DNA of 64,000 nt, from positions 96,001 to 160,000 of the forward strand of contig CAWGJT010000001.1 of assembly GCA_963822965.1 (NCBI GenBank), given 5' to 3'. Below the pieces are notes generated by a model, which saw only the letters and a list, made by a program, of their open reading frames with translations, was not told the DNA's origin and made no database searches. The translations under genes were made by a program, and so were the position numbers. Below are positions 1 through 9,217 of this stretch, in pieces; the stretch's first letter is position 1, and every line of letters starts with the position of its first letter. This stretch comes from an uncultured delta proteobacterium. Its GTDB lineage: Bacteria; Myxococcota_A; UBA9160; UBA4427.

Positions 1-202
1 ACGGGACTGCAGTCGGGAACGGGCCGGGTGGGGGATCCAGCCTGGGGCCGGGGTCGGGAGGCTAGCAGGCCGCAAGCGAGCCCGAAGGGCCTCGCCCACG
101 GCTAGCAGGCCGACCCCCAAGATGGGGGTCGGCATGCGCCGCGCGCGAATCCGGGCCGGATCCGCTGCGCGCGCCGGGAGCCGAGCCTATGCTCGCCGCC
201 CC

Positions 203-1624
203 ATGACCTCCGACCACCACCCCGTCCGGGTCCGCTTCGCGCCCAGCCCCACGGGGTTCCTCCACATCGGGAGCGCGCGCACCGCGCTCTTCAACTGGGC
301 CTACGCGCGCCACCAGGGCGGCGTGTACGTGCTGCGCATCGAGGACACCGACCGGGACCGCTCGACCGAGGAGTCGGAGCGGCAGCTTCTCGAGGGCATG
401 GCCTGGCTCGGTATCGACTGGGACGAGGGACCGTACCGGCAGAGCGAGCGGGGCGAGCGCCACCGGGAGGCCGTCACCCTCCTGCTCGAGAAGGGGCGGG
501 CCTACCGCTGCGTGTGCACGCGCGAGCAGCTCGAGGAGCGCCGCGAGCGCACCATCGCCGCCGGGGGCAAGTGGACCTACGACGGGCTGTGCCGGGACCG
601 GGACTACGGACCCGACTGCGGCGAGCACACGGTACGGCTTCGCCTTCCCGCCGCCGGCGCGCTGGCGTGGGACGATCTGGTGTTCGGACCCAGCGGCCAG
701 GACGCCAGCGAGATCGGCGACCGCATCATCCAGCGGGCCGACGGCACCGCGCTCTACCACCTCGCGGGCGTGGTGGACGACCTCGACATGCACATCACCC
801 ACGTCATCCGCGGCGCGGACCACCTGCCCAACACGCCGTTCCACGTGGCGCTCTACCAGGCCCTGGACGCGACGCCGCCCGTCTTCGCCCACGTGCCGCT
901 CATCCTCGGCGAGTCGGGAAAGAAGCTCTCGAAGCGGCGCGACCCGGTCTCCGTGCAGCACTTCCGCGCCGAGGGCTTCCTGGCGGACGCCCTGCGCAAC
1001 TGGATCGTTCGGCTGGGCTGGTCCCACGGCGACCAGGAGGTGTTCTCCCGGGACGAGATCGCGGCGCTCTTCGGCCTGGAAGGGGTGGGGCGTTCGGGCG
1101 CCCGGGCCGACGCCGCCAAGCTCGCCTGGCTGAACCACCACTACATCCAGACGCTGCCGCGAGACGAGCTGGTCGACCTGGTGGAGCCCTTCCTGGCCGC
1201 CGAGCTCGGTCACCCCGTCGAGCGCCGAGAAGCGCTGGCCCGGCTGGTCGACCTGAACCGGCAGCGAGGCCATACCCTGGTCGAGCTCGCCCGACACACG
1301 GCCTGGCTCGACCGGAAGCCCGTCCGCTTCGACGAGAAGGCCGCGCGCAAGCACCTCGCCAGCGAGACCGCCGCCCTGCTGAAGGAGCTGGGCGAACGCC
1401 TGTCGGCGCTGGCGTCCTGGGACGAAGCGGACCTGGCGGGCGTGTTCGAGGCACTGTGTACCGAGCACGACCTCAAGATGGGCAAGCTCGCCCAGCCGGT
1501 CCGGGTGGCCCTCACCGGGGGCACGATCTCCCCCGGAATCTACGAGACCCTGGCCGTGGTCGGCCGCGACGAGAGCCTCGCCCGAATCGCCGCCGCCGCC
1601 ACCCGAGCCACCACCCCGCCGTAG
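203..1624 (+). CDS. gltX: Glutamate--tRNA ligase
   Basis: RVRFAPSPTGFLHIGS (HIGH), LRIEDTD, HVIRGADH, KKLSKR (KMSKS); start at ATG 203. Confidence 0.96.
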   Translation: MTSDHHPVRVRFAPSPTGFLHIGSARTALFNWAYARHQGGVYVLRIEDTDRDRSTEESERQLLEGMAWLGIDWDEGPYRQSERGERHREAVTLLLEKGRAYRCVCTREQLEERRERTIAAGGKWTYDGLCRDRDYGPDCGEHTVRLRLPAAGALAWDDLVFGPSGQDASEIGDRIIQRADGTALYHLAGVVDDLDMHITHVIRGADHLPNTPFHVALYQALDATPPVFAHVPLILGESGKKLSKRRDPVSVQHFRAEGFLADALRNWIVRLGWSHGDQEVFSRDEIAALFGLEGVGRSGARADAAKLAWLNHHYIQTLPRDELVDLVEPFLAAELGHPVERREALARLVDLNRQRGHTLVELARHTAWLDRKPVRFDEKAARKHLASETAALLKELGERLSALASWDEADLAGVFEALCTEHDLKMGKLAQPVRVALTGGTISPGIYETLAVVGRDESLARIAAAATRATTPP

Positions 1625-1764
1625 CGGCCGCGGACGGCGAAGCACGGCCCAAAGCCACCCGAAAGCGAGCCCTCAGCGCAGCGAAGCGGCGGCCCACGGC
1701 CGCGCCGAGCGGAATCGAGCCTTCAGCCCAGCGGAGCGCGGCCATCGGCCGCGCGGAGCGAAAA

Positions 1765-1838
1765 TGGTTCCCCAGCGAGGATTCGAACCTCGATTCGCGG
1801 ATTCAGAGTCCGCCGTCCTGCCGTTAGACGACCGGGGA
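1765..1838 (-). tRNA. tRNA-Gln(CTG)
   Basis: Reverse complement TCCCCGG...GCGGA-CTCTGAA-TCCGC...GGTTCGAATCC...CTGGGGA-ACCA; cloverleaf with encoded CCA. Confidence 0.96.
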
Positions 1839-1849
1839 ACAGGCGCAGG

Positions 1850-1878
1850 AGATTAGAGGACCGGGCCACGATCCTCAA
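1850..1878 (-). promoter_or_regulatory. Putative sigma70 promoter of tRNA-Gln
   Basis: TTGAGG-N17-TAATCT, 11 nt upstream of the tRNA. Confidence 0.55.
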
Positions 1879-1890
1879 TCCGCACCCGGC

Positions 1891-2763
1891 TCACAGCAGC
1901 CACCCGCGGAGCGGGAAGAGCAGCGCCGCCAGGGCCCCGGCGGCCAGGGCGGGGCCGAAGCCGAAGGGCGCGTTCAGCTTGCGGGTCACCGCCGCGAAGC
2001 CGAGGCCGAGGACGAGGCCCAGGATCGACGCCGCCACGATGGTCTCGAGGACGCCCCAGGGCCCTAGAAAGGCGCCGATCATGGCCAGCAGCTTCACGTC
2101 GCCCAGCCCCATGCCGGGAAACCACAGCCAGTAGTCGGCGCTCGTCGGCCCGGGAGGCTCGGCGCCCTCCCCCGGCCAGTGCTCGAACGTGCGGCCCAAC
2201 CCCACCGAGAGCCGGGCGTGGACGAAGGCGACGGTCCACAGGAGCCCGCCCCCGAGCGCGGCCCCGACGACGCTTTCCTGCAGCGCCTCCACGTAGGCTC
2301 CCCCGTCCAGGGTCGCCGCCAGGGGGACCGTCAGCAGGCCCGCCACGAGCCCGCCCACGGAGATCTCGTCCGGGATGATCTGGTGGTCGAAGTCGATCAG
2401 CGCGGCGGCGACCAGCGCCGCGGCAAAGAGGGCGTAGAGCGGCGCCTGCCATCCCGGCCCGAAGCGCCACGCGACGGCGGCGAACACGAGCGCCGTGAAC
2501 AGCTCGACGGTCGGGTAGCGCAGGGAGATGCGCGCGCCGCAGCCGCGGCAGCGCCCGCGCAGCAGCAGGTACGAGACGACCGGGAGGTTGTCCCACGCGC
2601 GGATCGGCGCGCCGCAGCCCGGACACCGGGAGCCCGGCGAGACGATCGAGTGGCCGGTGGGGAGCCGGTACACGACCACGTTCAGGAACGAGCCAATGGC
2701 CAGGCCGTAGACGAACGCGAACCCGATCCACCAGGCCGGCTCGACGGTCGCTTGCACCTCCAC
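1891..2763 (-). CDS. pilD: Prepilin peptidase/N-methyltransferase (A24A)
   Basis: [12 protein letters not shown], two CxxC pairs, [21 protein letters not shown]; multiple TM helices. Confidence 0.93.
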   Translation of the reverse strand: MEVQATVEPAWWIGFAFVYGLAIGSFLNVVVYRLPTGHSIVSPGSRCPGCGAPIRAWDNLPVVSYLLLRGRCRGCGARISLRYPTVELFTALVFAAVAWRFGPGWQAPLYALFAAALVAAALIDFDHQIIPDEISVGGLVAGLLTVPLAATLDGGAYVEALQESVVGAALGGGLLWTVAFVHARLSVGLGRTFEHWPGEGAEPPGPTSADYWLWFPGMGLGDVKLLAMIGAFLGPWGVLETIVAASILGLVLGLGFAAVTRKLNAPFGFGPALAAGALAALLFPLRGWLL

Positions 2764-2870
2764 CTCCCTCGCCCGGCCAGCCTAGCAGCCCGAACCGGGA
2801 TGGGTCGGCTCGCGGAGCGACCGGATCCCGCGGATTCGTCGGCTCGTCGAGGGAGCCCAGGGACCCTCCC

Positions 2871-3641
2871 TCAGCGGAAGTCGCGCCGTGAGAACAGGTA
2901 GCTCGCAAAGACGAGCAGCCCCGTCGCGTAGGCGAAGCCGTAGAGCACCGCCCAGGCCACCTCGCTCGTCGCGATCGGCAGCTGGTGCACCGCCTCGGTC
3001 GTGACGTTGAAGCTCTCGAGGTCGGGCAGCACCTCGAACAGGAAGCTCGCAATCGGCTTGAGGGCGTCGATCTGGGCCTGCAGACCGAGCTGGCGCAGGT
3101 CACGCGAGAGGTGTCCCAGCAAGTACACGCCCACGGTGAAGAGAGAGGCGAGCATGGGCGTCGTGAAGGACGAGAAGAGCGTCGCAATCGCCACCATCAC
3201 GACCAGCTCCATCGCGATCAGCCCGAACGCCGTCAGGTGCCCGCCGTCGAGGGGCGCGCCGTAGCCCAGGGAGACGACCGCGAAGGCCACCCCCATCACC
3301 CCCAGCATCAGCCAGGTGGTGAAGACGAGACCCACGTACTTCCCCAGCAGGAACTCGACGCGCGAGACCGGCTTCGACAGAATCGTGTAGATCGTCCGGC
3401 GCTCCACCTCGCCGTGGATGAGCCCGACGCCGACGAAGACGCCGATGCCCACGCTCATGAGCCGGATCGCGGCCAGGCCGACGTCCTGCAGGATGCGCTC
3501 GCCTTCGACGTACGAGAGGGTCGAGACCAGCACGCCCGTGGCGATCAACACGATCGCGAAGAAGAGCAGCGTGTAGAGGAGCTTGTTTCGGATCGCCTCC
3601 CGGACGGTGTTCGCGGCGATCGCGCCGATTCGAAGCATCAT
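2871..3641 (-). CDS. ABC transporter permease (PilI-like)
   Basis: NTVREAIRNK, E.ERRTIYTILSKPVSR.EFLLGKY, about 6 TM segments; lies between ABC ATPase and pilD. Confidence 0.85.
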   Translation of the reverse strand: MMLRIGAIAANTVREAIRNKLLYTLLFFAIVLIATGVLVSTLSYVEGERILQDVGLAAIRLMSVGIGVFVGVGLIHGEVERRTIYTILSKPVSRVEFLLGKYVGLVFTTWLMLGVMGVAFAVVSLGYGAPLDGGHLTAFGLIAMELVVMVAIATLFSSFTTPMLASLFTVGVYLLGHLSRDLRQLGLQAQIDALKPIASFLFEVLPDLESFNVTTEAVHQLPIATSEVAWAVLYGFAYATGLLVFASYLFSRRDFR

Positions 3642-4693
3642 GATCGCGGGCCCTCCGTTCCGGCCGCGTCGCCGCGCCGGAACGAGGGGCGTCCCGCCGG
3701 CGCAGGATCGTGCGGCGCGTGCACCGGCCGAGCGCCCTCGCCCGGCGAATCGTGCTCGCCCTCCTCGACGGCCGTCATGAAGATCCTCTCGAGGGACGCG
3801 CGCTCAGGGGTGAGCGACACGACGTCGGCCCCCGAGGCGAGCACGAGCTGCAGGGCTTCGCGCACGTGCTTCTCCTCGAGGCGCACCGCGATACGCTCCC
3901 CGTGTCCGCGAAGCTCGCCATCGAGCTCTTCTTCGATTCGTTGGGCCACCTCGGGCGCGATGCCCGCGATCACCAGCTCGTTCATGTGCGCTCCTTCGCG
4001 GATGAACGCCTCGATGCGTCCCTCGTAGCGGATGCGACCGTGGACGATCACCGCCACGCGATCGCAGACCATCTCCACGTCCGAGAGGATGTGGGTGTTC
4101 ATGAAGACCGTCTTGCCGTCGCCGCGCAGCCGCAGGATCAGGTTGCGGATCTCCATGCGGCCGATGGGGTCGAGCCCGCTCATCGGCTCGTCGAGGAAGA
4201 TGACGTCCGGGTCGTGCACCAGCGCCTGGGCGATGCCGACGCGCTGGAGCATGCCCTTCGAGTAGGTGCGCAGGCGAGCGTCCGCGGCCTGGCCGAGACC
4301 GACCCACTCGAGGAGGGTCTGCACGCGCTCGTCCCGACCCCTGCCCGGCACCCCCGAGAGCTTCGCGTAGAAGCTCAGGATCTCGCGCCCGGTCAGGAAG
4401 TCGTAGAAGTAGGGGTTCTCCGGCAGGAAGCCCACGTGCCGGCGGAACTCCCGCTCGCCCACCTCGTTGCCGAGGATCTCCGCGCATCCGCCGGTGGCCC
4501 GGATCAAGCCCATCAGGATCTTCAGGGTGGTCGTCTTGCCGGCGCCGTTGGGACCCACGAAGCCGAAGATCTCGCCGCGCTTCACCTCGAAGGAGATCCC
4601 GTGGAGCACGCGCTTCACGCGCAGCCCGAAGCCGGGACGGAAGTCCTTCACGACATCCTGAATTCGAACGACGACCGGTTCCTCATGTGCCAT
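3638..4693 (-). CDS. ABC transporter ATP-binding protein (myxobacterial PilH-like)
   Basis: [14 protein letters not shown] signature, IFLDEP, H-loop; ATG 4693. Confidence 0.92.
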   Translation of the reverse strand: MAHEEPVVVRIQDVVKDFRPGFGLRVKRVLHGISFEVKRGEIFGFVGPNGAGKTTTLKILMGLIRATGGCAEILGNEVGEREFRRHVGFLPENPYFYDFLTGREILSFYAKLSGVPGRGRDERVQTLLEWVGLGQAADARLRTYSKGMLQRVGIAQALVHDPDVIFLDEPMSGLDPIGRMEIRNLILRLRGDGKTVFMNTHILSDVEMVCDRVAVIVHGRIRYEGRIEAFIREGAHMNELVIAGIAPEVAQRIEEELDGELRGHGERIAVRLEEKHVREALQLVLASGADVVSLTPERASLERIFMTAVEEGEHDSPGEGARPVHAPHDPAPAGRPSFRRGDAAGTEGPRS

Positions 4694-5669
4694 CGGGGGG
4701 CCCTCCTTTGCGACCCGCAGCCTCATCCCCGGCCACCGGCCCCGAAGCGTCTTCACTTCGCATGGCTTCGAGCTTGCGCCGGTCGTACGCGCCGATGTGA
4801 ACCTCGTAACGTCGGCCGTAGTAGCTCGAGACGATCTGGCCGGTCTCCGAATCGAGCTGCCACGTCGAGCCACGGCGCAGAGCCAGGGGTACCGAGGAAG
4901 GCGTGGCGTCGGGGAGACCGCGGAGCACGGCGTGAGGCCCCTGGGCGAGCTGCTCGACGGACTCGACGTCCCGCCCGTAGCGCTTCCGGTACGTCTCCCG
5001 GGCCCGGTCGAGCAGGCGGGCCCGCGACTCCACCTGGATCTCGTCGAGGGCCGCCTGGTAGCTGGCCCGAGCCGCCTCGTCCTCGGTGGTCTGGACGAGC
5101 TGTTCGAGGAAGATCTCGGCCGCCGCGAGGTCCGCGCTCTCGGATCGCAGACGGGCGATGAGGCGAGGGAGATACATCGGGGCGCCGCTCATCCGGCTCG
5201 CCGCCTCGAGGGCGTCCGCCGCCGCGCCGGGGTCGTCCAGGTAGTAGAAGAGGTTGAAGCCCAGGTAGAAGCGGTTCCGCCACTCGTCCGGGTGGTACGG
5301 AAACGAACGGCGGAGCAGCATGTTGCCGAGACGCACGTCCTCCAGCGTGTTCGTGAGCCACACGGCCGCAAAGCGATAGGGGTGGTCGACCCAGGGGTCC
5401 AGGGTCGTCACCACGTCCACGAGGCGCCCGAGCCGGGTCGACTCCGCGGTCGGGTTCGGGCTCTCGCCCGCCAGCAGTACCGCCTGGAGCCAGTAGTAGT
5501 CCGCGAGGATCGCGTCGAAGCCGAGGGACATCGTCTTCGCGAACTCGGGCCGCGGGATGTACTCGTCGCTTCGCTGGGCCCGGACGTCGTGAGGCAGGTG
5601 TCGATGCGCCACGGCCGTGAAGATCACCACCGCAACCAGCAACGCGGCCATTGTCGATCGCCGAGCCAA
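4683..5669 (-). CDS. Membrane-anchored TPR-like pilin accessory protein (myxobacterial PilG/Geobacter Xap-like)
   Basis: N-terminal TM, ADYYWLQAV, VTTLDP, helical repeats; position between pilins and ABC genes. Confidence 0.65.
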   Translation of the reverse strand: MARRSTMAALLVAVVIFTAVAHRHLPHDVRAQRSDEYIPRPEFAKTMSLGFDAILADYYWLQAVLLAGESPNPTAESTRLGRLVDVVTTLDPWVDHPYRFAAVWLTNTLEDVRLGNMLLRRSFPYHPDEWRNRFYLGFNLFYYLDDPGAAADALEAASRMSGAPMYLPRLIARLRSESADLAAAEIFLEQLVQTTEDEAARASYQAALDEIQVESRARLLDRARETYRKRYGRDVESVEQLAQGPHAVLRGLPDATPSSVPLALRRGSTWQLDSETGQIVSSYYGRRYEVHIGAYDRRKLEAMRSEDASGPVAGDEAAGRKGGPPDGT

Positions 5670-5763
5670 GTCCCCTCCAGGATTCGGAATCGGATGCCTT
5701 CCGTTCGTGGTCGTCGATGGAGAGGCGCAGCGGATCCCGCCCGCCCCCCCTGGAGCTCGCCGC

Positions 5764-6336
5764 TCAGAAGTCGTCGTTCGCCTGGTTGAGCGCGACCTCG
5801 TCGTAGATCGGTTGACTCGCCGCGTCGACGGGAGCCGTGTAGCCGAACATCGAGGAGGCGCAGGTGCCGCCGACGCTTCCGGGGTGTACGTACATGACCG
5901 AGCTCAGTCGCCCGTCCCCGTCGATGTCGCCGTAGGCGGTCGAGGTGAAGCACTGCACACAGACGCAGCCGAGACCGAGATTCGGAGAATTGGTGTCGTA
6001 ATCGAAGTAGACCTGCCCCTCGGCCGCCCAGCCCAGCACGCTGAAGGCCGTGCGGACCGCGCCGCTGTCGCGCGGGACGGAGGTCGGGACGTTCGAGTCC
6101 GTGGTCCCGGGCTCGGCCGGCGCCACACCCAGGAAGGCCTCGGAGATGGCGAAGTAGGCCTTCTGCGTCGTCGCGAGGCTGCCGAGGTTCACGTAGGCCT
6201 CGCTCCGCTTCGCCTTCCACTGGTAGGTCCGGAAGGAGGGAATCGCCACCGCGGCGAGCACGCCGATGATCGAGACGGCGATCATGAGCTCGATCAGGGT
6301 GAAGCCTTCATCTCTGCGTCGGGCTCGGGGTTCCAT
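5764..6336 (-). CDS. Type IVa pilin (second copy)
   Basis: Basic leader then G|FTLIELMIAVSIIGVLAAVAIPSF; ATG 6336 with GGGAG RBS. Confidence 0.9.
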   Translation of the reverse strand: MEPRARRRDEGFTLIELMIAVSIIGVLAAVAIPSFRTYQWKAKRSEAYVNLGSLATTQKAYFAISEAFLGVAPAEPGTTDSNVPTSVPRDSGAVRTAFSVLGWAAEGQVYFDYDTNSPNLGLGCVCVQCFTSTAYGDIDGDGRLSSVMYVHPGSVGGTCASSMFGYTAPVDAASQPIYDEVALNQANDDF

Positions 6337-6456
6337 CGCTTGTCTCCCGTTTCCTTTCTTTGCTCGCGTCGAGTGGGTCAGCCTGGGGGAGGCGGAGGCG
6401 GCCGGGGCTCGAGGTGTGCTGCTCGTGTCAGGGGCTCTTGTGGTACCAGGACAGTC

Positions 6457-6484
6457 GGGAGGGCCGGACGAATCCGGCCCTCCC
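6457..6484 (-). terminator. 12-bp hairpin after pilA (terminator or mRNA stabiliser)
   Basis: GGGAGGGCCGGA-TTCG-TCCGGCCCTCCC perfect stem; no U-tract. Confidence 0.6.
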
Positions 6485-6502
6485 CTCTGTCTGCTTGCGT
6501 GA

Positions 6503-7081
6503 CTAGAAGACGCTCTGCCCGGACGTGCCGTCACACGGACCGACGGTGTCGAGCAGGCTGGCCGAAGGCGTCGCCAGCGCGGCGTCCCAGACGCCGGTGT
6601 TGGCGCAGGCGCCCTGACCGGCAACGCCGGAGACGCCGTTCGCCGGATCCGGCTTCACGTAGCCCCAGCTCTGGGTAAAGGTGTCACCATCGATGTCCGC
6701 CATGGCGGAGGCCGTGAAGTGGTTCGCCGGCGCGCCCGGGGTGTTCACCGCATACACGAAGTACACGTTGCCCTCGGGCGCCCAGCCCAGGGTGTCGAAG
6801 CCGGGGTCCGGCACACCGAACGGCTGCTTGGCGCCGTTCGCCGCGATACCGGCGGTCGGCGTCACGAGCGCGGTCACGAAGGTCCCGAACTCCGAGTTGT
6901 AGGCCACCTCGGCGGTGCGGATGGCCGCGACGTTCACCTTGCCTTCCGAGCTCCGCGCCTTCAGCTGGAAGCGGAGGAAGTTCGGAATGGCGATGGCCGC
7001 CAGGATGCCGATGATCGCAACCACGATCATCAGCTCGATGAGGGTGAAGCCCTCGTTGCGCTTGCCGTGCAGTCTGCTCAT
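6503..7081 (-). CDS. pilA: Type IVa major pilin
   Basis: MSRLHGKRNEG|FTLIELMIVVAIIGILAAIAIPNF; C-terminal Cys pair; sigma54 promoter upstream. Confidence 0.92.
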   Translation of the reverse strand: MSRLHGKRNEGFTLIELMIVVAIIGILAAIAIPNFLRFQLKARSSEGKVNVAAIRTAEVAYNSEFGTFVTALVTPTAGIAANGAKQPFGVPDPGFDTLGWAPEGNVYFVYAVNTPGAPANHFTASAMADIDGDTFTQSWGYVKPDPANGVSGVAGQGACANTGVWDAALATPSASLLDTVGPCDGTSGQSVF

Positions 7082-7190
7082 AAGTGGTTCCTTTGCGCCT
7101 TTCGGGTTGTCGCCGGGATCGCTCGCTCCCCCGACGATGGGGAGCGGACAATCGCCGTGATCCCCGGGTTCGCTATCTGACGGGGACCAG

Positions 7191-7207
7191 AGCAACCCAC
7201 GTGCCAA
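7191..7207 (-). promoter_or_regulatory. Sigma54 -24/-12 promoter of pilA
   Basis: TTGGCACGTGGGTTGCT matches TGGCACG-N4-TTGCW. Confidence 0.88.
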
Positions 7208-7229
7208 CCTCGCCAATGCCGCCTCACGC

Positions 7230-7256
7230 ATCGGCAGGAATGGGCGGCCGACTTGA
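7230..7256 (-). promoter_or_regulatory. Sigma28-like promoter upstream of pilA
   Basis: TCAAG-N16-GCCGAT. Confidence 0.5.
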
Positions 7257-7379
7257 GGGCCGCAGGGCTATTTCGATCGCCTGCCGGTCCCTGGCGCGGT
7301 CCCACATCGTCGGGGCAGACAGGCCACAGTGACGAATCGCGTCGCTCGGGACGACGAATCGCGTCACCCTTCGGCCAAG

Positions 7380-7408
7380 TTGATAAGCCCCCCTGGGCTG
7401 GCTAAGTT
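7380..7408 (+). promoter_or_regulatory. Sigma70 promoter of tRNA-Glu
   Basis: TTGATA-N17-TAAGTT followed by GC-rich discriminator GCCCGCGCCC. Confidence 0.7.
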
Positions 7409-7425
7409 GCCCGCGCCCTTCACAT

Positions 7426-7501
7426 GCTCCCATCGTCTAGCGGCCTAGGACGGGGCCCTCTCAAGGCTCAAACACGGGTTCGATTCCCGTTGGGAGCACC
7501 A
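7426..7501 (+). tRNA. tRNA-Glu(CTC)
   Basis: GCTCCCA...GGGCC-CTCTCAA-GGCTC...GGTTCGATTCC...TGGGAGC-ACCA. Confidence 0.96.
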
Positions 7502-7502
7502 T

Positions 7503-7877
7503 TACCGCTACGGGCGCCCTTCGGGCGCCCTCCGCTTTCCCGGTGCTTGCTCGTGGCCGGAGCTCCCTTCTACCGCTACGGGCGCCCTTCGGGCGCCCTC
7601 CGCTTTCCCGGTGCTTGCTCGTGGCCGGAGCGCCCTTCTACCGCTACGGGCGCCCTTCGGGCGCCCTCCGCTTTCCCGGTGCTTGCTCGTGGCCGGAGCG
7701 CCCTTCTACCGCTACGGGCGCCCTTCGGGCGCCCTCCGCTTTCCCGGTGCTTGCTCGTGGCCGGAGCGCCCTTCTACCGCTACGGGCGCCCTTCGGGCGC
7801 CCTCCGCTTTCCCGGTGCTTGCTCGTGGCCGGAGCTCCCTTCGGGCGCCCTCCGCTTTACCGGTGCTTGCTCGTGGC
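7503..7877. repeat. Tandem array: five 68-bp units plus one partial, with palindromic hairpins
   Basis: Units start at 7503, 7571, 7639, 7707, 7775; partial at 7843-7877; core GGGCGCCC-TTC-GGGCGCCC; no spacers. Confidence 0.97.
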
Positions 7878-8024
7878 ACGTGGTTGTCGACGCCGTCCCG
7901 TCGCCGGGCTTCGCAGCTGGGACTCCGCTGTCCCCGGCAGTCGGGTCCCGCAGCGCTTCGAGGCGCTAGGCTCGGTCGTTTCGCCCCATCCGCCCGACGG
8001 TCACGGGGGGGCATCGGAGGCACG

Positions 8025-8648
8025 GTGAGTCCCTTTGCGTTCGCGTTTCTGGATTGTGAGTTCGGCGGACTCGATCCCGAGCTCCACGACATCACCGAGA
8101 TCGGCGTGGTCTTCACCGACTACCGGCTGCGGGAGCTCTCGCAGGCGGAGTGGAAGGTTCGGCCCCGACCCGAACGCGTCTCCGAGGAGGCGGCTCGCAT
8201 CTTCGGCTACGACGAGGCCGTCTGGGCGCAGGCGCCCGGTGTTCGACAGGTGCTGGGCGAGCTCGCGGCCATGCTGCCGAAGAACCATACGGTGGTTCCC
8301 GCCGGTCAGAACGTCCGCATGGACGTGACCTTCCTGGAACGCGCGTACGGCAAGTGCGGCATCCCCTACCCGTTCGACTACCACGTCATCGACCTGGCGA
8401 CCCTCTTCTACGCCTGGTCGCTGGTCGCGGGGGAGACCGTCTCCGCGCTCTCCCTGCGTCAGTCCGCCACGACCGCCGGGCTGCTGGACGCGAACGGCGT
8501 GGCGCATCGCGCCCTGGCCGACGCCCGGCTCACCCTCGAGACCTTCCGCCACTTCATCGGACGCCTGGCGCCTCGCGAGCCCAGCGAGGCGCTCGCCGGC
8601 GCCCGCGAGCCGGGGCCCGCGGCTCAGCGCACGGGCGAGGCCGGCTGA
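8025..8648 (+). CDS. DEDDh 3'-5' exonuclease (DnaQ/oligoribonuclease-like)
   Basis: LDCEFGGL (ExoI), GQNVRMD (ExoII), HRALAD (ExoIII); GGAGG then GTG 8025. Confidence 0.85.
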   Translation: MSPFAFAFLDCEFGGLDPELHDITEIGVVFTDYRLRELSQAEWKVRPRPERVSEEAARIFGYDEAVWAQAPGVRQVLGELAAMLPKNHTVVPAGQNVRMDVTFLERAYGKCGIPYPFDYHVIDLATLFYAWSLVAGETVSALSLRQSATTAGLLDANGVAHRALADARLTLETFRHFIGRLAPREPSEALAGAREPGPAAQRTGEAG

Positions 8649-9217
8649 ACGGCGCCGAGCTGTCGGGCCCACTTGTCCACCGCGCGCCGGTCGATCCAGG
8701 CGAGCAGGGGCAGGAGGAATCGCGCGGGCCAGCCGCCGGGCCGGAAGCAGAGGGCCGACGTGAAGTCGAGCAGCACGGGATGGCCGTCCGCGTCCGCCAG
8801 CGCGTTGCTCCGGTGACGCAGATCGAGATGGACCACTCCCCGGGCGTGCATCGCGGCGACGGCCTCCCGAAGCTCCCCGACGAAGCGCGACGACACCCGG
8901 GACGCCAGCCGCGGTCCCAGGATCTCGCCGGGGCGGTACTCGACGGCGAAGGCCAGGGCGTCGAGGCGCCCCAGCACCCGGGGCACGGCGGGATGGTCGC
9001 GGAGCTGCCCGTAGGCGCGCAGCTCGCGGCGCACCAGCCAGGGCGCGATCCAGCGGATCGGCCCCCGGCGTGCCGAGAAGTCCTTCACGACGCACTCGCG
9101 ACCGTCCACCCGCACCCGCAGCACGTCGGCATTGCCGTCGCCGCCCCGGCTCAGCACCTGCACCTCCGCGCGCGCGAGGTCGGCGCGGGAGAGCGGCTGC
9201 GTGCGGAGGGGACTCAC
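8624..9217 (-). CDS. Small protein-kinase-like protein (RIO/Kdo-kinase-like fold)
   Basis: VVKDF, RELRAY, VVHLDLRHRSN, LLDF; GTG overlaps upstream stop. Confidence 0.7.
   Translation of the reverse strand: MSPLRTQPLSRADLARAEVQVLSRGGDGNADVLRVRVDGRECVVKDFSARRGPIRWIAPWLVRRELRAYGQLRDHPAVPRVLGRLDALAFAVEYRPGEILGPRLASRVSSRFVGELREAVAAMHARGVVHLDLRHRSNALADADGHPVLLDFTSALCFRPGGWPARFLLPLLAWIDRRAVDKWARQLGAVQPASPVR

Noticed and set aside
6503..7081. Geobacter-type short conductive e-pilin
   Set aside because: Full-length pilin of about 180 aa with a globular domain.
7085..7115. GEMM-I (c-di-GMP/cGAMP) riboswitch in the pilA leader (CCCGAAAGGCGCAAAG)
   Set aside because: Only a fragment resembles the motif and it runs straight into the RBS, leaving no room for the second stem; cmsearch would settle it.
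7503..7877. CRISPR array
   Set aside because: Units are identical end to end with no unique spacers, and no cas genes are in the window.
7424..8028. ORFs through the tRNA and repeat array, including an N-terminal extension of the exonuclease
   Set aside because: They are translations of the stop-poor repeat; the exonuclease has its own GGAGG and GTG at 8025.
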